Assembly (NCBI GenBank): GCA_029775855.1
Contig: JARVJZ010000006.1
Location: 76,353 to 140,352, forward strand
Direction of reading: 5' to 3'
DNA: 64,000 nucleotides
DNA from: Nitrososphaeria archaeon
GTDB taxonomy: Archaea; Thermoproteota; Nitrososphaeria; Nitrososphaerales; JAAOZN01
Within the stretch, counting starts at the first letter, position 1, and the number at the start of each line of letters is the position of its first letter. Made by a program: the position numbers and the translations under genes. The notes under the pieces are model-generated. The model did not search any database, was not told the origin of the DNA, and saw only the letters and a list, made by a program, of their open reading frames with translations. Shown here piece after piece: positions 44,821 through 53,381 of this stretch.

Positions 44821-45783
44821 CTACTTAGATTTAAGACGAGCAACCTCCTCAGCAACCTTTATAGCCTTTTGAGCGACTTCAACAGCATTACTCCCAAATA
44901 TGTATGCTGATGGCTCTATCCAATATCCACCAGCATCTACAAACACTTCTGGTAGAGGTTCACCTCGCTTACCAAGGTTCAACACCTCCTCTATAACACG
45001 AGTCTGAGCCATATTTGCGTTGGTTGGTGTCTCACGCCTATCGAATATGTAGACGCTGAAACCCAGCTTTGTAAACGCACCTCTTACAAACCTATTATAC
45101 GCAATGTTTATGGCTGCACGAACATCGGGATTAACACGCATCGCTGCGAGCAAAACAGAAGCTAGATGCTCCGAGGCGCCAAACTCAGGAGGCATAAAGG
45201 CTCTTGGCATACCCTCAACCTTAGATATGCGCCCGGGTATACCAGCGACATCTTTGACGCTCTTAGCATTAGGTGTTGCTTCAACTATATTAACTAAGAC
45301 TTCAGGTATAACTTCACTAAACTCCTTTGATGCATGGATAAGGTTCAGTGCAGCCTTTAAGTTGCTTAAAGCAACATACCGTTTATCTACAGTTGGGAGA
45401 CCCTTTGAATAGAGTTGGATACATATATCACATCCTTCTGCTTGTAAACTTGGAAACCTAAGCTTATGCAGCGTGCAAACCGAGCCTTGACACTTTAGGG
45501 TTGTGCATAGGGTGCAGATGCCTTTTACCGCCTCAGAGTATGATAAATTGCCTGAGGCTAGACCCGAGGCGAGCCATTTTGATAGAGCAACAACTTCTTC
45601 TGAATAGAGAGGTTCATTCTTATCTATCTGCTGTTTAAGGTATCCGCTTACCGCTGGCTGTGTTACACCTACCATCTCAGCTATCTTGGCTTGGCTTAAA
45701 CCTTTTGCCTTCAGATCTTTGGCTACGAGGGCTCTGATGAGTGGTAGAAGGTCTTTTATGGCTACTTCACAAGGAGGCTTCAT
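44821..45783 (-). CDS. thiR: ThiR-like transcriptional regulator: N-terminal HTH plus C-terminal ThiN-like (thiamine-phosphate-synthase-derived) sensor domain
   Basis: Track ORF 44821..45909. I start it at Met43 (ATG 45783), which removes the overlap with the divergent cytX. HTH LSQAKIAEMVGVTQPAVSGYL. The C-domain is paralogous to the ThiN half of the ThiDN gene in this window (IPGRI, FGASEHLAS versus [16 protein letters not shown]). Confidence 0.6.
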   Translation of the reverse strand: MKPPCEVAIKDLLPLIRALVAKDLKAKGLSQAKIAEMVGVTQPAVSGYLKQQIDKNEPLYSEEVVALSKWLASGLASGNLSYSEAVKGICTLCTTLKCQGSVCTLHKLRFPSLQAEGCDICIQLYSKGLPTVDKRYVALSNLKAALNLIHASKEFSEVIPEVLVNIVEATPNAKSVKDVAGIPGRISKVEGMPRAFMPPEFGASEHLASVLLAAMRVNPDVRAAINIAYNRFVRGAFTKLGFSVYIFDRRETPTNANMAQTRVIEEVLNLGKRGEPLPEVFVDAGGYWIEPSAYIFGSNAVEVAQKAIKVAEEVARLKSK

Positions 45784-45839
45784 CAATATAACCGATTTAT
45801 CAACAATGTTATAAGCTGATCGCTCTTGGACTTCTGTGG

Positions 45840-47147
45840 ATGAAGATCCGTAAGCCTCCTGAATGGGGCATAACGCCTGTGCCTCCGAGTCAGAGGATAC
45901 TTCGCCCAATAGATTTAGCGGTCTTCTGGACTAGCTTGGGGACGGGGCTGCTGGTTTACCAAGCTGGTGCGCTTCTTGTGCCTTCTTTAGACTTCTTAAC
46001 ATCATTTCTAGTGATTACAGTAGGCACAGTCATAGGAACCTTGCCGCTTGCTTTGGCTGGTATGATAGGTGGGAAGTGTGGAGTACCTACCATGGTTTCG
46101 CTACGCCCAGCCTTCGGTATACGGGGCTCCTACTTTCCAACTTGGCTTAATGTTGCGCAGCTCGTAGGCTGGGGCACATTGGAGATAGTGGTGATGGCTA
46201 AGGCTGGTGACCTCATTTTATCCACTACTACTGGGTTCTCAGCATATTGGCTTTGGGTAATCATCTTCACAATCTTCACGATAATTATGGGTATAGGGGG
46301 ACCTTTGATGGTTGTTAAGCAGTGGCTTGAAAGATTCGCCTTCTGGCTTCTCTACGGCTCAGCAGCTTGGGTAACCTTTTGGGCTCTTCAGAATGGAGGT
46401 TTAAGCAGAGTTATGGGCGCCAAGGCTGAAGGCGGGTTGCCTCTTCTAATGGCTCTTGACATTGTAATAGCGATGCCTCTATCTTGGATGCCTCTTGCAG
46501 CAGACTACAATAGGTTTGCGAGCACAGCAAAAGGTGGCTTTTTAGGCACCTACTTAGGGTTTATAGTAGGAAACATCTCAGGATACACAATAGGAAGCAT
46601 ACTCATATTAGCCACTGGTTCAGCTGATATAGTTGGTTCTTTCGGCTACCTATTTCTCGGAGCACCAGCCCTACTACTTATCTTAGTTTACGAGTTGGAT
46701 AACTGCTTTGCAGATGTGTACTCAGCAGCGGTCTCGGTGCAAAATAATCTACCTAAGTTAAAGCAGTGGACGCTCATCGTGTTCATAGGCGGCTTATGCG
46801 CAGCATTAGCTCTATTCATCAACATCGAAAACTATGTCTGGTTCCTACTCTGGATAGGCGCAACATTCTCACCAATCTTTGGCGTCGTATTGAGCGACCA
46901 CTACATCTTAGCGAAGCAGAAGTTTGATGTAGAGCATCTATATATCAAAGGCGGCAGCTACTGGTATACTAAAGGTGTTAACATCTCAGCAATAGTTTCT
47001 TGGGCCGCTGGATTCATAATGTATGTAGCTATAACAACATACATATCTTGGTTAGGTGCTACTATACCCAGCATGCTCACGGCAGCAGCCCTTTATGTAA
47101 TCTTTGTTAAGATGGCTAGGCGTAAGCAGTTAGTGGTGAGGGTGTAG
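45840..47147 (+). CDS. cytX: NCS1-family permease, CytX-like (probable hydroxymethylpyrimidine/thiamine-precursor transporter)
   Basis: 435 aa, about 12 TM. N-terminal [20 protein letters not shown] is typical of CytX/CodB-type NCS1 carriers. Sits 6 nt upstream of thiDN. Confidence 0.65.
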   Translation: MKIRKPPEWGITPVPPSQRILRPIDLAVFWTSLGTGLLVYQAGALLVPSLDFLTSFLVITVGTVIGTLPLALAGMIGGKCGVPTMVSLRPAFGIRGSYFPTWLNVAQLVGWGTLEIVVMAKAGDLILSTTTGFSAYWLWVIIFTIFTIIMGIGGPLMVVKQWLERFAFWLLYGSAAWVTFWALQNGGLSRVMGAKAEGGLPLLMALDIVIAMPLSWMPLAADYNRFASTAKGGFLGTYLGFIVGNISGYTIGSILILATGSADIVGSFGYLFLGAPALLLILVYELDNCFADVYSAAVSVQNNLPKLKQWTLIVFIGGLCAALALFINIENYVWFLLWIGATFSPIFGVVLSDHYILAKQKFDVEHLYIKGGSYWYTKGVNISAIVSWAAGFIMYVAITTYISWLGATIPSMLTAAALYVIFVKMARRKQLVVRV

Positions 47148-47153
47148 GTTTCT

Positions 47154-48524
47154 ATGGAAGATGTTGCAAGAGCACTTACAATAGCCGGCTCAGATTCTGG
47201 TGGAGGAGCGGGTATACAAGCAGACCTTAAGACATTTGCAGCCCTTGGAGTATATGGGATGTGTGTAATTACAGCAGTAACGGCGCAGAACACGACTGGC
47301 GTTTCAGCGGTTCAGCCTATAGATGATGAGGTGGTTAGGGAGCAGATTAGAGTGGTTGTTTCAGATATTGGTGTTGACGCTGTGAAGACTGGTATGCTTT
47401 ACAGCCGTGGAATAATTGAGGTTGTTGCTGATGAACTCGAGAACATCAAGGCACCTCTGGTTGTAGATCCGGTTATGGTGGCTAAGAGCGGCGCTCGGTT
47501 GCTTAAAGAGGATGCTGAAGAAGCGTTGATAAAAAAGATACTCCCCTTGGCAACAGTCGTAACCCCCAACTTAGATGAAGCTGCTCGGTTAGCTGGGTTA
47601 AGCATTAAGAGCTTAGAGGACGCTGAGGAGGCTGCAAAGAAGATAGCAACCCTAGGGCCGAAGGCGGTAGTGGTTAAAGGTGGGCATTTGGATTTAGAGG
47701 AGAGTGTGGATACATTATATTATAATGGTGTAGTAAGAAAGTATGCTTCAAAGAGGGTGAGTGGAGGCACACATGGCACTGGATGCACCTTCGCCTCAGC
47801 CATAGCAGCACTCTTAGCCAAAGGATATGACATCTTCTCTGCAGTAGAGGAGGCAAAACGCTTTGTAGCAGACGCTATCTTACACAGCCCTAAAGTTGGT
47901 AGAGGCGTTGCACCAGTATCACCCTTAGGTAAGACTGTGCTCTACGCTGAGAAGATGAAAGTTCTAGAGAGCGTAGGAGAAGCGGTAAACTTACTTGAAA
48001 ACAACTCAGCCTTTGCAGACCTCATACCCGAATGCCAAACCAACATAGCTATGGCTCTACCGCAACCAAAGAAACTAGAGGACATCGCTGCCATCCCAGG
48101 AAGGATTGTAAACGCCATGGGTAAGGTCAAGGCTTCTGGCTGCCCAAAATTTGGCGCATCGAGACACCTCGCATCAACTCTGCTTGCTATCTCAGAATAC
48201 ACACCTTTGGTTAGAGCCGCTCTGAACATAAGATTTGACGAACGGATTTTGGATGCTGCGCGTAAATTAGGCTATTTATGCTCAGAGTATGATAGGTCAA
48301 AGGAGCCTCCCGAAGTAAAGGCTGCTGAAGGCGAGACAACCAAATGGGGCGCAAGAGAGGCGGTGAAGAGCATAGGCGCAGTACCAGATATAATATTTCA
48401 TAGAGGTGATGTTGGAAAAGAGGCTATGATAGTCATATTAGGTAGGGATGCTGTTGAAGCTGTTCATAAAGCTCTAAAGATCTTAACTCAATACAAAAAT
48501 TTGAAAGAGTGTAGTAAAAGTTAA
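47154..48524 (+). CDS. thiDN: Bifunctional HMP/HMP-P kinase (ThiD) fused to ThiN-type thiamine-phosphate synthase
   Basis: 456 aa. ThiD half ([44 protein letters not shown]). ThiN half ([22 protein letters not shown]). Confidence 0.85.
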   Translation: MEDVARALTIAGSDSGGGAGIQADLKTFAALGVYGMCVITAVTAQNTTGVSAVQPIDDEVVREQIRVVVSDIGVDAVKTGMLYSRGIIEVVADELENIKAPLVVDPVMVAKSGARLLKEDAEEALIKKILPLATVVTPNLDEAARLAGLSIKSLEDAEEAAKKIATLGPKAVVVKGGHLDLEESVDTLYYNGVVRKYASKRVSGGTHGTGCTFASAIAALLAKGYDIFSAVEEAKRFVADAILHSPKVGRGVAPVSPLGKTVLYAEKMKVLESVGEAVNLLENNSAFADLIPECQTNIAMALPQPKKLEDIAAIPGRIVNAMGKVKASGCPKFGASRHLASTLLAISEYTPLVRAALNIRFDERILDAARKLGYLCSEYDRSKEPPEVKAAEGETTKWGAREAVKSIGAVPDIIFHRGDVGKEAMIVILGRDAVEAVHKALKILTQYKNLKECSKS

Positions 48525-48560
48525 TAGACCTATCATATATAGTGTGCCCAGTGTATCCAA

Positions 48561-51092
48561 ATGGTTTCTAATGATTCTGATGTAAAGATATGCTATGTTA
48601 GCGGCGGGTTATGTGGTCATTCACGCTCCGGACCTCCTATGGAGGTTCATGTTAAGGATGGTAAGATCATTAGGGTGCTGCCCTTCCGAGTACCGGATGA
48701 AGTTAGACTCTATAAGATCAAGACGAGCAAAGGCGAGTTCACAAGACCCAGGAGAACTGTGCCAGCAGCATTTATGCTCGCTCACAAAAAGAGAGTGGAT
48801 TCGCCGAATAGATTAAAGTATCCTTTGAAGAGAGTGGATTGGAGCCCTGAAAATAGGAACCCTCAGAATAGGGGTAAGAGTGGATATGTTAGGATAAGCT
48901 GGGATGAAGCTATAGAAATAATCGTTAACGAGATCAAAAGGATAAAGGAGGTTTACGGCACAACCGAAGCGGTTTTGGTGCAAGCTGATGGGCATGGTCA
49001 ATCAGGGCTGCTGCACACATTCCATTGTTACGGCCACTATCTATTCGACAAGCTAGGAGGCTACACCTCACAAGTGAGGAACCCAGACAGCTGGGAAGGC
49101 TACTACTGGGGCGCAAAGCATGTATGGGGCTTCGATGCTCAAGTAGGTGAGCCGATTCAAGACGCGATCTTTGATGACATCTTAGAGAATTGTGAGATGC
49201 TGATATTCAGCGGCTGCGACCCTGAAACTACGCCAGCAGGCTTCGCTGGGCAGATAGGCACAATAATGTGCAGATGGATAAAACAGGCTGGAATAAAGAT
49301 CGTTGGTATATCGCCTGACTTAAATTACGCTGAAGCCGTGCACGCTGATAAATGGATACCCATTAAACCCAACACAGACGCAGCCTTATACTTGGCGATA
49401 GCATACACTTGGATCAAAGAGGACACATACGACAAGAAGTTTGTGCAGACACACTGCATCGGCTTCGAAGAATTCAAGAAGTATGTTTTAGGTGAAGAAG
49501 ATGGTGTTCCAAAGACACCAGAGTGGGCTGAGAGAATCTGTGGAGTGCCTGTTGAGACGATAAAGGCGCTTGCAAGAGCTTGGGCTAAGAAGAGAACATC
49601 CCTAGCAGTATTCTTCGGAGGACCTAAGATAAGGGGGCCTTATTGTAGTGAGGTTGCGAGGATAGAAGCGATAGTCTTATCTATGCAAGGACTTGGTAAG
49701 CCGGGTAGGCAATTCTTTAGATTTTGGTATAGGCTTGGCTTAGGCTGTAAGAAGCTTTCGCCTATACCTAGATATCCTGAGGTGGATGCTGAGGGGACTC
49801 CTCCGAACTTTGCTGAACCTTATGTATATATGCCTCCAACCAGCAGATCTTTCGTTATTAAAACGCTGGTGCCAGAAGCTATTCTTAATCCTCCTGTTAG
49901 TTGGTATTGTGCCGGCTCTATTATTTGCCCTCGTGAAGATCAGTTCACCAAATACACCTTCCCACCTTCAAAAGATCATCCTGGTATACATATGATTTGG
50001 AACGAGAATGCTTGCTGGACTGCTTGCTGGAGCAACGGCTATAAGATGATTGAGGCTTTAAGGAGCGAGAAGATAGATTTTGTAGTCGGTATACATCCCT
50101 GGTTGGAGAATGATCTGCTGTATGCTGACCTTATACTTCCAGCCCAGACCATATTTGAGCATGATGACATAGTTCCAGTGAATCATACAGATATTGTAGG
50201 TTTGGTTTATCAAGATAAGTGCATAGAGCCTGTTGGTGAATCTAAGAGCGACTATGAGATACACCGCCTTATAGCTGAGAAACTTGGTATCGGCGATGCG
50301 TTTCCACCGCCTGAGGAGGCGTTAAAGAAAGCCTATGAGAAGACATTGGCAGCTAAGAAGATGAGTTGGGAGGAGTTCAAGAAGAAGAAGGTTGTGATCT
50401 ACGACTGCCCAACTCCAGAGGAGTGGGAAGAAATTAAGAGGAAGTATAATGTTAAGCCTGGGTTGACTTGGTTCTATGAAATGCCTGAGGGTAAGGGTTT
50501 GGAGACACCAACTGGGAAACTTGAATTCTACTCTACGGGTCTTGCCGAGCACTTTCCAGACGATAAAGAAAGACCACCTTTACCACGCTATTTGCCTCAT
50601 GGTGAAGCACATCAAGAGAGCTTAAGTCATCTTAGGGCTGAGAAGTACCCTCTGCTTCTTATGTCTAACCATCCAAGGTGGAGGCTTCACTCTCAAGGCG
50701 ATGATATATCTTGGACAAGAGAGATACCTACCTGCAAAGTTAAAGGGTCTGATGGCTACCTCTATGAGCCTCTTTGGATTCACCCTATAGATGCTGAGAA
50801 AAGGGGTATAAAGAGCGGAGATGTAGTTATGATATTTAACGAGCGCGGCGTGGTTCTTGGAGGCGCATATGTGACTGAGAGGATAATGCCTGGCACGGTA
50901 TACATGGATCACGGTGCTAACCATGATCCAATAGAAGATAAAGTAGATAGAGGTGGATGCATAAATCTGATAGCGCCACCGCCTCACGAGAAGAGAATTG
51001 CGGGGATGGAGGTTAGGGTTCCAGAGATGTGCGCAAGCGGCTATTTGGTTGAAGTTCAAAAGTTGGATGAAGATTATCTGGTAGGTGAGTAA
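48561..51092 (+). CDS. DMSO-reductase-superfamily molybdopterin enzyme, large subunit, pyrogallol-hydroxytransferase-like; no N-terminal FeS motif, no Tat leader
   Basis: 843 aa. VHVKDGKIIRVLP, NPDSWEGYYWGAKHVWGF, AIAYTWIKEDTYDKKFV, GFEEFKKYVLGEEDGVPKTPEWAE, C-terminal RGGCINLI. Confidence 0.75.
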   Translation: MVSNDSDVKICYVSGGLCGHSRSGPPMEVHVKDGKIIRVLPFRVPDEVRLYKIKTSKGEFTRPRRTVPAAFMLAHKKRVDSPNRLKYPLKRVDWSPENRNPQNRGKSGYVRISWDEAIEIIVNEIKRIKEVYGTTEAVLVQADGHGQSGLLHTFHCYGHYLFDKLGGYTSQVRNPDSWEGYYWGAKHVWGFDAQVGEPIQDAIFDDILENCEMLIFSGCDPETTPAGFAGQIGTIMCRWIKQAGIKIVGISPDLNYAEAVHADKWIPIKPNTDAALYLAIAYTWIKEDTYDKKFVQTHCIGFEEFKKYVLGEEDGVPKTPEWAERICGVPVETIKALARAWAKKRTSLAVFFGGPKIRGPYCSEVARIEAIVLSMQGLGKPGRQFFRFWYRLGLGCKKLSPIPRYPEVDAEGTPPNFAEPYVYMPPTSRSFVIKTLVPEAILNPPVSWYCAGSIICPREDQFTKYTFPPSKDHPGIHMIWNENACWTACWSNGYKMIEALRSEKIDFVVGIHPWLENDLLYADLILPAQTIFEHDDIVPVNHTDIVGLVYQDKCIEPVGESKSDYEIHRLIAEKLGIGDAFPPPEEALKKAYEKTLAAKKMSWEEFKKKKVVIYDCPTPEEWEEIKRKYNVKPGLTWFYEMPEGKGLETPTGKLEFYSTGLAEHFPDDKERPPLPRYLPHGEAHQESLSHLRAEKYPLLLMSNHPRWRLHSQGDDISWTREIPTCKVKGSDGYLYEPLWIHPIDAEKRGIKSGDVVMIFNERGVVLGGAYVTERIMPGTVYMDHGANHDPIEDKVDRGGCINLIAPPPHEKRIAGMEVRVPEMCASGYLVEVQKLDEDYLVGE

Positions 51093-51924
51093 GGTGGGTA
51101 AGGTTCTCATTATAGATGTTTCTGAATGCGTAGGATGCTACTGCTGCCAAATAGTATGTAAAGATGAACATGTTGGAAACGATTGGTCACCTTACGCTAA
51201 ACCTCAACCCGACACTGGTCACTTCTGGCTTAAAGTAGATGAAATGGAGCGGGGTACCATACCTAAAGTTAAGGTCACATATACCCCGATCTTATGTATG
51301 CACTGCGACAACGCACCTTGCATACCAGCGTGTCCAGACAACGCCATAGTGAAGAGAGAGGACGGTATAGTGCTCATAAAACCGGAGAAGTGTAGTGGCT
51401 GCAAACTCTGCTTAGACGCTTGCCCATACGGTGTGATCTACTTTAACAGCGAATTGAACATCGCTCAAAAATGCACTCTCTGTGCACACCTCCTTGATAA
51501 AGGCTGGAGTGAGACAAGGTGTGTAGGCGCTTGCCAACGCGAAGCGCTTATATTAGGAGAGGAGGGTGACCCTAAGATCAAAAGTTTAATTGAGAAGAGT
51601 GAGGTGTTCCACCCAGAGTATGGAACTAAACCTAGGGTCTATTATCTTAACTTGCCCAAGCCGTTTATAGCTGGGACCATAGTAGATTCATCTATTAGGG
51701 AATGTGTTGAGGGAGCTACGGTGGTTGCCTTGGATCTAGTTGAGGGTGTGAGGCATCAAACGGTTTCAGACGAGTTCGGGGACTTCTGGCTTAGGGATTT
51801 AAAGTGGATGCACCGATACCTAATTGAGGTATCTAAGGAAGGCTATGCTTCAAAGAAGGTTTGCGTAGTCCATACTGCTAAGGATGTGAATCTAGGCACG
51901 ATAACCCTAACTAAACTCATTTGA
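51085..51924 (+). CDS. Fe-S subunit of the Mo enzyme (four Cys motifs) with a C-terminal all-beta Ig/carboxypeptidase-regulatory-like domain
   Basis: 279 aa, GTG start at 51085 or 51094. CVGCYCCQIVC, CMHCDNAPCIPACP, CSGCKLCLDACP, CTLCAHLL...CVGAC, then IAGTIVDS...FGDFWLRDL...GTITLTKL. Confidence 0.8.
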   Translation: MSKVGKVLIIDVSECVGCYCCQIVCKDEHVGNDWSPYAKPQPDTGHFWLKVDEMERGTIPKVKVTYTPILCMHCDNAPCIPACPDNAIVKREDGIVLIKPEKCSGCKLCLDACPYGVIYFNSELNIAQKCTLCAHLLDKGWSETRCVGACQREALILGEEGDPKIKSLIEKSEVFHPEYGTKPRVYYLNLPKPFIAGTIVDSSIRECVEGATVVALDLVEGVRHQTVSDEFGDFWLRDLKWMHRYLIEVSKEGYASKKVCVVHTAKDVNLGTITLTKLI

Positions 51925-53381
51925 CCATCTATAGTGGGATAGGTTTGTCTTTCCTATTTAGGAGAAAGACAGTAAGCACAGCTCTGAAGGTTTATCCGCC
52001 TAACTTTCAGGTGGAGTCTGGTAGGAGTGTGACATTAAAGGCTCATCTGAATCCTGAGAAGGCGCCTGTGGAGCGTGTTGAGTGGCGTTTAGAGGGTTTA
52101 GGTATACTTTCTGAATCAAAGGGTCCTTCCACTGTGTATACTGCGCCTAATGTAGAGCAGGAGACTAAAGTTAGGGTTGTAGCGTCTTTCCCTAAGATGA
52201 GTGAATACTTAGAGAGCTCATCTTATGCTGAGGGTGTGATCTTACCTTCTGGCTTGGCTGCTAAGTCTTCTACATTTCTTACAATATCTCCTATAAGTTT
52301 TTCGATAAATGCAGGTGAAAACATTGATTTAACAGCTGTTTTGACAGACATGCAAGGAAATCTCTTAGGCAGTAAAGAGATCGTGTGGTTCATACAACCT
52401 CAACTAGGCAAATTAACACCAACATCAAACAACACAGCAGTATACACCGCACCTAAAGTAGATGTTGAAAACCAAATCTTAATCAAAGCAGTCTTTCAAG
52501 GCGATGAGCAGCACCTACCTTGTGAAGGTGTCTCAATAGGCTTAGTGACGCCACCTACACTTAACGACGAATACATACTCAGCTTTAGTAGGGCAGAGGT
52601 ATCAAACCTTAAGATCGATGGTGGAGCTGAGGTTGATGGTGTAAGGGTTGTTAGGATCAGTGTTGACTTGCTTGAAATATCTGATATGAGGATAAGTAGA
52701 GTGAATCTATCCTCGCAAAGCGGAGTTCTACAGAAGGTTGAGATATACGCAACACGCCTCACAGCGCGCATACCAGATTCAGACAAGGGGTTAGATGTTA
52801 AAGGCGAAGATGATATACATCTTAACGCTTCTGAAGCCAGCTTAGATAACGGTGTAATCTACTTTGTGAAGATGAGTTGTCTAAGTGGGGAATTAACTCA
52901 ACCTGAAGTTTTAGGGCGGTATGCTGGTGGAGATGAGCCATACCTACCTATATTACTTACGACATCAAACATAACTATGGATAGGGGCTTTTCAGTTACA
53001 GGACCAGAGACATATGGCATGTTGGAGAATAAAGCTACTAAGATACTCTGCGGGAGAATCTCTGCATCAAACTTCTTCTTAAAATGCCCTAGCAGATACA
53101 GCTTAGATAGAGAGGGAAATAATCACGAGTTTGTTGAAAAGTGGGCTCTAAACGCTTCATCAGCAGCAATAGAGGATGCTGAGATATATGCAATATACTT
53201 CAAGGTAAGAGCCCTATTGGTATGGAGAGTTAAGGCTACTGGAGAAGAGTATATCCCAAGCATAATACCAGAAGGCCTCCACAGAGGAGAAAAAGCGCCG
53301 ATAAACGAGGCGGATGTGGACATAATCTACCTCAAAGCCACTAAACTAAAGGTCAATAACGCATCATTCACTTTAAAGTAG
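51921..53381 (+). CDS. Uncharacterised protein: two Ig-like repeats followed by an unassigned ~280-aa domain
   Basis: 486 aa. Its TTG start shares TTGA with the stop of the preceding gene. Two ~70-aa repeats each carry a (T/A)VYTAPxV motif. No catalytic motif recognised. Confidence 0.6.
   Translation: MTIYSGIGLSFLFRRKTVSTALKVYPPNFQVESGRSVTLKAHLNPEKAPVERVEWRLEGLGILSESKGPSTVYTAPNVEQETKVRVVASFPKMSEYLESSSYAEGVILPSGLAAKSSTFLTISPISFSINAGENIDLTAVLTDMQGNLLGSKEIVWFIQPQLGKLTPTSNNTAVYTAPKVDVENQILIKAVFQGDEQHLPCEGVSIGLVTPPTLNDEYILSFSRAEVSNLKIDGGAEVDGVRVVRISVDLLEISDMRISRVNLSSQSGVLQKVEIYATRLTARIPDSDKGLDVKGEDDIHLNASEASLDNGVIYFVKMSCLSGELTQPEVLGRYAGGDEPYLPILLTTSNITMDRGFSVTGPETYGMLENKATKILCGRISASNFFLKCPSRYSLDREGNNHEFVEKWALNASSAAIEDAEIYAIYFKVRALLVWRVKATGEEYIPSIIPEGLHRGEKAPINEADVDIIYLKATKLKVNNASFTLK

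Noticed and set aside
45784-45839. TPP riboswitch upstream of cytX-thiDN
   Set aside because: Only 56 nt separate the divergent starts, and only 6 nt separate cytX from thiDN. That is too short for a THI-box aptamer, and I saw no CUGAGA-type core. A protein regulator (ThiR-like) fits better.
45784-45909. 42-codon N-terminal extension of the thiR-like ORF given in the track
   Set aside because: It would overlap the divergent cytX start by 70 nt and adds a non-conserved-looking Ser/Glu-rich leader. Met43 begins directly before the HTH region.
48561-51092. Selenocysteine (in-frame TGA) or formate-dehydrogenase identity for the DMSOR-family enzyme
   Set aside because: The ORF is uninterrupted, lacks the N-terminal FeS Cys motif and any SECIS-like context, and its sequence strings fit the transhydroxylase-like group instead.
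50622-51110. 162-aa minus-strand ORF inside the Mo-enzyme alpha gene, plus similar antisense ORFs at 12590-13006 (cdhA) and 32501-32899 (rplP0)
   Set aside because: All lie opposite confidently identified genes and have no motifs. They are treated as spurious.
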